This document shows positions 1 to 9,468 of a stretch of DNA of 64,000 nt, piece by piece. Both the position numbers and the translations under genes were made by a program. The notes under the pieces are model-generated. The model was given only the letters and a program-made list of their open reading frames with translations, was not told the origin of the DNA and searched no databases. The stretch covers positions 78,120,001 to 78,184,000 of the forward strand of contig OZ360231.1 in NCBI GenBank assembly GCA_977017645.1, read 5' to 3'. This stretch comes from Torpedo marmorata (Eukaryota). Each line of letters begins with the position of its first letter. The stretch's first letter is position 1.

Positions 1-524
1 TTTATAGCAATGACATGATGTCACAGCTTCAACCAATCACGTTGAAGAGAGGGGCTAATTGCATACCACAGATATCAGCGCAGTTTGGATTAGTGCAAAT
101 TGATTAATAACTAAACTGTGCACGCACGAAGCAGATTGTGCTTTGGGTTTGTAATATTTCTTTGACATAGGTGGCTGATAACTTAATCATGTTTGATGAT
201 TTTAAAGTAAACTAAGTTAATCAGTTGATCTGGTTGTTTCATTTTTACAAACCAAGGACAAGGTGGGGGTAACAGGCACCCATTTGTATGTTGTAAGACG
301 CAACAGTTGTTATAGTAACAAGTCCGGAGTCACATCATCTCTTGCAGAGATTCTCCTGAGTCCTGCAAGGTACTTACTCCATCAGCAGCCTAACCAGACC
401 ATTGGAACCTGTCATCTCCAAAACTGGTCAACAGGCCAGTCACCCAAGTGCTCTATTCTACACTTGAATGAGCCCTAAGCAGGTACACCCACACATGTGA
501 GTATGAACACAGAACAGAGCCCAC

Positions 525-760
525 CTGTCAGAATGCTGCACTTTTTTGTTCAGAGGGTGGTCCATACCTGGAATGAGCTGCCAGAGGAAGCTGGAGAAGC
601 ACGTGCACTTACAAAGTTCAAAAAGCATTGGACAGACTTATGGATAGGAAGGGCTGAGATGGATATGGACCAAATGCAGGCAAATAGGACAAGCCCAGAT
701 TGCCAACTTGGTCTGCATGGACAAGTTGGGCCAAAAGGCTGTGCTGCATGACTCTATAAG
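525..760 (+). mobile_element. CR1 LINE 3' fragment
   Basis: Degenerate CR1 ORF2 C-terminus (FFVQRVVHTWNELPEE) followed by a CR1-type tail (gggccaaaaggctgtgctgcatgactctat). Confidence 0.75.
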
Positions 761-1589
761 TCATTCCATAAGGAATATTGGAAGTAAGGTAAAATATAAT
801 CAGAAATTTCAAAAGCACTGCAGAGTTAACATGGACTTCCAAGCATGAAAACAAAACTATTGCGTTTACAGACTTCCTGATGACTCAGTGTGTAGTCTTC
901 TATCACTCTGGATGACACAGTTGTGTAGACCTCTGGATATTGCTCTGTGTGGCACCAAGTATTGCATCAGCTGAAATCTTGGAAATTGTGCCTGTACTCT
1001 CAATCCAAGTCAGTAATGAACATTAAGAAAAACAGTAACCCTATTATTAATCCATCAGGAATTCTGATCTGCACTTCCCTCCAGTCCAACAACCTACTTG
1101 CAAGTCTCTGTCCACCAGGCTACAGCTCTTTTACTTCCAAGCCCTTCAACCTAATGTGCCACATTTTCAATGGTGTTTGGAATTGTAAGTATCCCACATC
1201 AACTGCATTTCCTTCATTGATCACATAACTTCATCAAAAAACTATTGAAAGATGAGAATTGCTTCCAAGCCCATGCTGGTTTTCTCTAATGAATGCTAAT
1301 TTTGTTCCTGATTGAGAACTTTCTTCAATGTCAAGGTTAAACAGACTGACTTGTAGTTGCATATCTAACTTACACCGTTTCTGAACAAGGTGGGAACATT
1401 TGCCAATTATTCAGGCGCCAGGCCTGAACAAGTGAGTGCTTGGGAGACTGTGTTTTCTTCCCTTGCTCCATTCAGCATGCCATCCTATCAATCTTTTTGC
1501 TCATCCAGTATCTTAATTACATCTTCCTTTGCTGAGATCCCGACATCATTTACTTCATTGGTGAAGGCTAATGTAAAGGTTGACAGAGC

Positions 1590-1988
1590 TTTTCTCTTTG
1601 GAGCGACGGTGGATGAGAGGTGACCTAATAGAGGTCTGTAAGATTTTGAGGGGTTTAAATAGAGTGGACAGCTAGCCAGTTTTTTTTTCTGGGGCAACAA
1701 TAGCAAGTACCAGAGGACATCAGTTTAAGTTGAGTGGAGGAAAGTTTAGGGGAGATGCCAGAGACAAGTTTTTTTCTCACAGAGTGGTGGGTGCCTGGAA
1801 TGCATTGCCAGGGGTGGTAGTGGAGGCTGTACAATAGGGGCATTCAACAGACTCCGTTGAATGTCCCCATGGATGTAAGATTTATGGATGTGAGGTAGGG
1901 AAAAGTTAAATTGTTGTGCAGTATGTTTCCATAGGTCGGCACAACATCGTGGGCTGACGGGCCTGTACTGTGCTGTGATGTTCTATTT
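1590..1988 (+). mobile_element. CR1 LINE 3' fragment
   Basis: gaggtgacctaatagagg and cagagtggtgggtgcctggaatgcattgcca (RGDLIE...RVVGAWNALP motifs), with tail gggcctgtactgtgctgt. Confidence 0.75.
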
Positions 1989-2149
1989 ACATCTGTCAAT
2001 GTAGCGATGCACGCTGTGTCAGTGAGTGCTTCATTAGTACCTTCTCCAATGGATTCAGTGCACACAATGTTGTCTCTGTATTGGGCATACCAATTGTAGA
2101 TTAGGTACTGGCTTTAGGTTGTGGAGACCAGCTCATTTATTGGGGCTAT

Positions 2150-3060
2150 TTAAGAACAAAAAAATAAGATATAGGAGCATCTGGCCTGTCGATCCTGCTC
2201 CATCATTGAATAAGATCATGGCTGATCTGGCTGTGGACTCAACTCCACCTACCTGCCTTTTCTCCATAACTCTTAATTTCCCCACTATGCAAAAATCTAA
2301 CTAACTTTTGTCTTAAATGTATTTAATGAGGCAACCTCTGCTGCTTCCTTGAGCAGTGAATTCCACAGATTCACCACCCTTTGGGAAAAGCAGTTTCTAC
2401 CCCCTCATCTCTGGAATTAACCTGGTGAATCTCCTCTGCACAGCCTCCAAAGCCAGTATATCTTTTTCTCAAAGTAAGGAGATCAGAACTGCACACAGCA
2501 CTCCATGAGCAGCCTCACCAGTACCCTGTACAGTTGCAGCAAAGCCTCTCGGCTCTTAAATTCAATCCTTTTAGCAACGTCGTCTTGATTATCCGTTGCA
2601 CCTTTACCTTTTGCGATTTGTACACAAGCACTTCCGAGTTGCTCTGCACCTCAGCATACTGCAATCTTTCATTGTTTATATAATAATCTGATATTTTATT
2701 TTCCTTCTAAAGTGGATGACTTTGCATTTACCAACACTATGATCTACTGAATATGCCAGAAATGTCCCTACTCTCATAACACATCTATATCTCTCTGCAG
2801 ACTCTCCTCATCTTCTGCAGAATTTGCTTTTCCACTCAATTTGGTGCCATCAGTAAACTTAGATATACTACACTCAGTCCTCCCTTCTAAATCATCAATT
2901 TTTATTGTGAACAGTTGCGGGTCCAGCACTGACCCCTGCAGCACTACACTCACCACTGATTGCCAAGCAGAGAAACATCCGTTTAACCTAACATTCTGCC
3001 TTGTGTTGGTTAACGAAGCCTCTATGCCTGCTAATTCTTTACCCCCGATTCCTTGCATCT
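2150..3060 (-). mobile_element. CR1 LINE, degenerate RT and 3' end
   Basis: ORF 2774..3058 has CR1 RT motifs (QNVRLNGCFSAW, LQGSVLDPQLFTIKIDDL, ISKFTDGTKL). The CR1 tail lies near 2150-2230. Confidence 0.8.
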
Positions 3061-3212
3061 TTATCTTTTGTGCAGTACGTTGCTTGGTGCTAATTGAAAT
3101 TCCTTTTTATTGTAATCCTATACTCTGTAAATTATGCACATTACACAGCAGTATGTTTGAACTAACCTATTAATCTGCCCGCAGAAGAACCCTTCACTGT
3201 ACTAGGTATTTT

Positions 3213-3474
3213 GTGGCACGGTTGGCGTAGCGGTTAGCGCAACGCCTTTACAGCGCCAGCGATCGGGACCGGACCTGGGTTCGAATCCCGTGCTTTCTGT
3301 AAGGAGTTTGTACGTTCTCCCCGTGTCTGTGTGGGTTCTCTCCGGGGGCTCCGGTTTCCTCCCACACTTCAAAAAAACGTACCGGCGTGTAGGTTAATGG
3401 GGTGTAAATTGGGCGGCACGGACTTGTTGGGCTGAATTGGCATGTTACAGTGCTGTATGTCTAATTTTTAAAAA
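3213..3474 (+). mobile_element. tRNA-derived V-SINE
   Basis: A-box-like ggcgtagcggttag, B-box ggttcgaatccc, V-domain gtttgtacgttctccccgtgtctg...ggtttcctccca and a CR1-like tail. Seven similar copies occur in the window. Confidence 0.85.
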
Positions 3475-3609
3475 GTTTAAGGAGAGCCTAAATGAGCTGC
3501 AAACAGTATGGCGCACAGCTGTGAAATAACATGGCAAAAGCTCAAATACTTGCTTTTGAATTTTTATTGTCAAGTGTACTAGAAACAGTGAAAAGCTTTG
3601 TTTTAGAAG

Positions 3610-4277
3610 TGTTATGGACCATGACTGACCATTTGGACTGCGGACGGTCAGCAGGAAGGACCAGGTACTGAAAGAGTTAACTTGCCCAGGATTGGGTGTG
3701 CTCCCAGATAGAGAGAGACACGGAGAGAGAGACAGGCTGTGGAAAGATACTTTGTTGCACTTTTGCAAAAGCAGGTGCAAAACTCTGCAAAAAGCATTCA
3801 GTTTTTGGAGTTGCAAGAGGCTGGAACAACACAGCCAAATCCAGGCTTGTGCATCCCAGGGGAAAAGGCTGGGAGAATAGCACATGGCCTCCTGTATCAG
3901 CAAAATCCTGAGTTAAAACAACTTTCGTGGAGAACAGGCGTGAGATCAACGAGACCGGCTGTGAGATCCAAGTATACGCCTCAATCTAAAGTGATTTGGA
4001 ATCGCAATCCTCGTGTACCTACCAAAAGGGAAAGTCACCAGAGAAGAAAAGCAGGCCAAGCATTCGTAAGCTTAAACAGTCATTGTCTCTCTCTCCAACG
4101 TACATTAAGAAGTCCTTCGTGCCAGCACACAGAGCTGAATTTGGACCCTGAACATAGAGAGTGATTTTTGTGGTTTGTATTTTTGGGACTGACTTATTTT
4201 TATGACTGACCTGGGGGATTTGGGGAAGGTTTTCCATTTTTACATGAGGGTTGGGCACAGACTGTAATGGTCTGGGC

Positions 4278-4343
<66 letters not shown>

Positions 4344-4487
4344 TTAGATAAGAATAGTGTTTATAAACATTTATAGTGGGGTTAATTGTTGTGAAATTAT
4401 ATATTTAATTGTCTTTAATAAATATAAATTTCAATTTTACCCCTTTTGCATTGCGTCTTCTGTCGTTGCTGGTTTGAAATTGTAACA
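3610..4487 (+). mobile_element. 5' LTR of Gmr1-like Gypsy element
   Basis: TGTTAT...TGTAACA termini. The sequence recurs at 8200-8367, 13217-13446 and inverted at 45303-46211. Followed by a PBS. Confidence 0.9.
4281..4340. repeat. (CA)n microsatellite within LTR
   Basis: About 30 CA units. The same tract occurs as (TG)n at about 45450-45489 in the solo LTR. Confidence 0.95.
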
Positions 4488-4490
4488 AAT

Positions 4491-4508
4491 TGGGGGCTTG
4501 TCCTAGAT
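4491..4508 (+). promoter_or_regulatory. Primer binding site, tRNA-Pro type
   Basis: tgggggcttgtcctagat starts 3 nt after the LTR and matches the tRNA-Pro PBS TGGGGGCTCGTCCGGGAT at 15 of 18 positions. Confidence 0.8.
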
Positions 4509-4616
4509 TAAATCAAGCTCAAGCTTGGTAATTGAAGGAATCCCAGTCTGGTTTAAGACATTCCTTTTGTAAAACTAATTAAAAGCTGTGTGTGTGTAAC
4601 AAAAAAATCAGCAACA

Positions 4617-7600
4617 ATGGATGTGGACATTTTTTTGGAATCACCTGAACCTGATACTTTAAAAAAGGCTAAAAAGGAACAGTTAGTGGCTATAGCAACA
4701 GAGTTGGGCATTGCTTCTGTAAAACCATCTATGAAAAAGGCAGATATTGGGAGAAAAATTGCCAAATACTATATAAAAGGGAAAAGGTTTGAGGAGAGCG
4801 TGTTAGAGCAGTTTCCCAAGGGTAAACCTTCTGAAAACATGCAGTTGGAACAAAAGAGATTAGACAGGTAATTGGAACTAAAGAAATTGGAATTGGAACC
4901 AAAGAGATTAGATTTGAAGGCAGCCAGGGAACAAAAGAGATTAGATTTGGAGGCAGACAGAGAACAAAAGAGATTAGATTTAGAGAGAGAGGAGAACATT
5001 AGGCAATATGAGCTGGAAAAGATTAAGTTGGAAAATGAGAGGAGACAAGAAGAGTACCAAGATCAAATTCATGGTCCTGTTGAGAGGTTTTTGGCCAGTA
5101 GAGAAGTTAGGTTGGTTCCTCCATTTGAGGAGGTGGAAATAGATAAGTACTTCCAACATTTTGAAAAGGTGGCTGTGAAATTAAAATGGCCACAAGACCA
5201 ATGGTCTCTTATGTTACAAAGTGTAATAAAAGGAAAAGCTCAGCAAGCTTATTGTACTCTTACCACAGAGCAAGCTGCTGATTATGAAACGGTGAAAAAG
5301 GCTATACTCCAGGCTTATGAGTTAGCTCCAGAGGCTTATAGACAGAAGTTTAGACATTTAAAAAGATCAGCAACTCAATCTTACACAGAGTTTGCCTATG
5401 AAAAGGTTGTGTGTTTTGACCGGTGGTGCACATCTAAGGTGGTAAACAATAATTACAATCAATTGAGAGAATTGATACTAATTGAGGAGATAAAAAGGTG
5501 TGTTCCTGAGGATATTAAGGCATACTTAGATGAAAAGGTGGTAAAAAATTCTTGCGAGATACTGGAGCTGCTCAGTCACTTGTGTTAGTGTCTTGGAATT
5601 TTGTGAAGCCACTGACACCGATGAAATGAATTTAATTAAAGGAATTGGGGGTGATGTTGAGTCCATTCCTTTGCACAAAATAGTGTTGAACTCAGCCTTG
5701 GTGGAAGGACCTGTTATAATAGGAGTGAGATCAGAGTTGCCAGTAGAAGGAGTCTCACTGTTGCTAGGCAATGACTTGGCTGAGGGTAAAGTAGTTCCTG
5801 CAGTGCGAATGACCACTAAGCCAGTCATTAATAAGTCAGAGAAGGACTCTGATATTTATCCGGCATGTGGCATAACCAGGGCCGTGACTAAGAAAAATGT
5901 CACTGTAGAGAAGGCAGTGGAAAATAAATTGGTGAAAGAAAAAGTCGGTAATAATCAAAAACACCTGGAAAAAGTTGAGCAATCTCCTGTGTTAGACACA
6001 TACACTGATAAGACACCTAAAGGCACTGATTTGTCACTATCCCGACAGGAGCTAATAGCAAGGCAAAAGGAGGATTCTGATCTTGCTGAGGTGATGGATA
6101 AGGTTCTCTCTGAAGAGGAGATTAAGAAGGTGCCAGTAGGTTGTTATGGGAAAAATGGGGTGTTAATGAGAAAGTGGAGACCATGTGATGTTCCTGCCAG
6201 TGAAGAATGGGCAGTAGTGCAGCAGGTTGTGATCCCTAAAGTATATAGGGATGAAATAATAACTTTGGCTCATAGCACACCCTTAGGTGGTCACCTTGGG
6301 GTGAAGAGAACTATACGGAAGATAATGAAACAATTTTATTGGCCCAGTTTAAGAAGGGAGGTTGTAAGCTTTTGCTGGGCCTGTCACACTTGTCAGGTGG
6401 TGGGTAAACCTAATCAGGGTCCCCCGGTGGCACCCCTGCAACCTATCCCTGCTTTCAGTGAGCCTTTCTCGAGACTGTGTTGGCCCATTAGCCAAAACCA
6501 AAGCGGGGAATGAGTATTTGTTAACAATTATGTGTGCAGCCACCAGATTTCTGGAGGCCATTCCTCTGAGAAACATTAAAGCAAAGGCAATTGTAAAGGC
6601 TATGGTAAAATTTTTCACCTTGGTATGTTTGCCAAGGGAAATTCAATCAGATCAGGGTAGTAATTTCATGTCAGGCGTATTCTAACAGGTGGTTGATAGA
6701 CTGGGAGTTAAACAGATTGTATCCTCTGCGTACCATCCAGAAAGTCAAGGAGCCTTGGAGAGGTTCCATTCGACTTTGAAAAACATGATTAGAACCTATT
6801 GTTGTGAGAAATAAATGGATTGGGATGAGGGGGTTCATTTGTTGTTATTTGCAGCGAGGGAGTCTGTCCAAGAATCACTTGGTTTCAGTCCATTCGAGTT
6901 AGTTTTCGGACATGAGGTGAGAGGTCCTTTAAGGTTATTAAAAGAACAGTGGATTAATAGTGATGTGCATTTAAATCTGTTAGATTATGTTTCCAAATTT
7001 AAGGATCAGTTGCATAAAGTTTGTGAGATGGCAAAGGAGACTTTAAAGGCCACTCAACAGAGAATGAAGGGTCGGTATGATCGAAAGGCCAAGATGAGAA
7101 CTTTTAAACCTGGTGAGAACGTGTTGGTTCTGTTTCCCACACATTCAAGTCCTCTGAGGGCTAGATTTTCAGGACCCTATGGTGTTGGGTCAAAAATTGA
7201 TGAGGTCACCTATGTCGTAGAAACGCCTAGTCACAGACGAGACACACAGGTCTGTCATGTGAATATAATTAAGCCATATTTAGTACAGGTGCCGCACAAA
7301 GAGACTGAACATTTACCAGAGGTGCTGGTTATCGACTGGGGTAAGGAGGAGACAGATAAAACCAGTTTCAGAGACGGTCATGGGACTGTTATTTATCTGG
7401 GTTATGTAGTAGGACAGGGGCAGTTGGCGCCAGTAGAGGCAAAAGTTGTGACTATTTCCGAGTTCCCTGTTCCAACTGGTAAGAAAACTCTGAGGAGGTT
7501 CCTGGGAATTATTGGCTACTACCGCAAGTTCTGTAAAAACTTTGCAGCTCTTGCGCTCCCTCTCACAAATTTGCTTAGAAAGGGAGAAAAATTTGTATGG

Positions 7601-8067
7601 TCGATAGGTTGTCAGGAAGCATTTGTCAAATTGAAAGCCATTTTATGCCATCAAACTGTGCTTAAGTCATCTGATTTAGAACAGCCGTTTTCTTTAGCCG
7701 TGGATGCCAGCGATGAAGCTGTGGGTGCGGTGCTGTTACAGAGGAAGAACGAAGAGGACATTGACATTGACATTGACCATCCTACTTCTCGAAGAAGTTC
7801 AATGATCATCAAAGGAATTATTCAACCATAGAAAAAGAATTGTTAGCTCTTGTGTTGGCTCTACAACACTTTGATGTGTATATCTGTACAGCTCAAGAAC
7901 CACTCATAGTGTATTCTGACCATAATCCATTGGTTTTTCTTTGTAAAATGGAAAATAAGAATCGACAGTTGTTGAATTGGAGTCTAATTTTGCAAGAATA
8001 TGATTTAATATTAACACATATAAAAGGGAAAGATAATGTAATCGCAGATTGTCTTTCTAGATGCTAA
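4617..8067 (+). pseudogene. Degenerate gag-pol of Gmr1-like Gypsy (order gag-[PR]-IN-[RT remnant]-RNase H)
   Basis: Gag LVPPFEEVEIDKYFQHFEKVA and AYELAPEAYRQKFR; IN HHCC (HSTPLGGHLG...CHTC), DCVGPL, SDQGSNF and GPY; then YLGYVVGQG and RNase H (AVDASDEAVGAVLLQ, YSDHNPL, HIKGKDNVIADCLSR). Contains stops, frameshifts and a deletion of most of RT. Confidence 0.88.
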
Positions 8068-8199
8068 ACTTTATAAATGAAAATAGTTCATATTTTGTGT
8101 TTGTGGATGAACATTGTGGGTTTTGTTTATATTGTGACACCTCAATTAATTTCCAAAATTTTGTTCTTGCAGACCAAAATTTTCTTTGTGGGTGGGAGG

Positions 8200-8367
8200 T
8201 GTTATGGACCATGACTGACCATTTGGACTGAAGATGGTCAGCAGGAAGGATGAAGTCTTTTGGAGTATACACTGGGACCAGGTATTGAAAGAGTTAACTT
8301 GCCCAGGACTGTGTGTGCTCCCAGATAGAGAGAGACACGTAGAGAGAGACAGGCTGTGGAAAGATAC
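8200..8367 (+). mobile_element. 3' LTR of Gmr1-like Gypsy, 5' part (interrupted)
   Basis: Preceded by purine-rich ggtgggagg (PPT). Matches 3610-3750, and the match stops at ggaaagatac where the BEL LTR begins. Confidence 0.88.
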
Positions 8368-9022
8368 TGTAAGAGCCGTAGGCTCGTTTACTTACCGTTG
8401 TTGCGGCGCTCCGATGTCTTGTCGGGCCTTGGAGCGCCGCGTAGTTGTTGAGGATGTTGCTGGGCCGTCCTCGGCCCGTTTGGAGCGCCGCGTAGTTCTT
8501 GCTGGGCCGTCTTCGGCCCGTTCGGAGCGCTTGCATTGTCTGCGGGCCGCTATCGGCCCGTTCTGTGCTCTGCGCATGCGCTGGAGTGCCGATGGGCGCA
8601 TGCGCAGTATAGAGTGACGTCATTGTGCGCGTGGGAGGCTGGGAATTGTAGTATGCGCGTTGGAGCATGCGCAGAGCCATTAGAGAGAGAGAACAAAGAA
8701 AGGATAGAGATGTATGGGGGGTGAGTCTGGTCTCCACATCTTTATTGACCGTTTTATACCGTTTTATAACTTTTAACATCATCTACAGTGTTTTCATATC
8801 GTTTTGGAATTGTTTAAGGAATAATTTAAAGGAACTCATTATACATCGTTTACAAGAACTGTTTATATTGAGGTCATTGAAGATTACTGCAAGTCATGTG
8901 TGAAAATAAAGGTTTTTGAACATATTGGACTTTGTCAGTAAATTAAATAAAATGCGTCAAAAGCAAGGACCACACTTAGCCTCCAGGTGACTATTGGTGG
9001 AGCGAAGTCACCGTTACTTATA
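8368..9022 (+). mobile_element. 5' LTR of BEL/Pao element (putative)
   Basis: Starts TGTAAG exactly where the Gypsy LTR breaks. Ends CTTATA (one change from the inverted terminus CTTACA). CpG-rich, contains AATAAA and precedes BEL gag. The right boundary is inferred. Confidence 0.65.
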
Positions 9023-9468
9023 GTCAATAAAGGGCTGGCTGTTTGGAACAGAAGTTTGAAGGAAAGAAGATAGAAAAAACTCTCTGTGCTTTGGACTGAT
9101 ATAAATTGGTGGCCATTTTGGAGATGCCTCGAGTTGGGGGCAGTTTGTAATCCACATCCATCTGCCATGAATAACAGCCAGAGAGGGATTTAAAGCTTCA
9201 AATCTTATAATAAAGTGTCCTATAAATACGTTGGAGAAACTATTTTTGGAAAATCAGTGATATTAGTGACGGATGTTGTGGTTGAAACTCGTTTGTGGAT
9301 TGCAGCACATTACAGTCATTTGAAGTGGTGGGCATAAGTCTGTGGACTCCTTCTGTGTATCTTTAGCAAGTAAGAACACAGATTGGAATTGCTGCCGCTG
9401 GTCCATTGGGGACTGTTGTTTGACTAGTGTTGTGTATGCTTGAAGGAAAGAGGAACAAGACGAGTAAA

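Noticed and set aside
1-500. Possible host exon or regulatory element at the window start
   Set aside because: It looks non-repetitive, but I could not assign a protein or a convincing splice pair.
3215-3295. tRNA gene
   Set aside because: The A and B boxes belong to a multi-copy SINE head, and no complete cloverleaf is evident.
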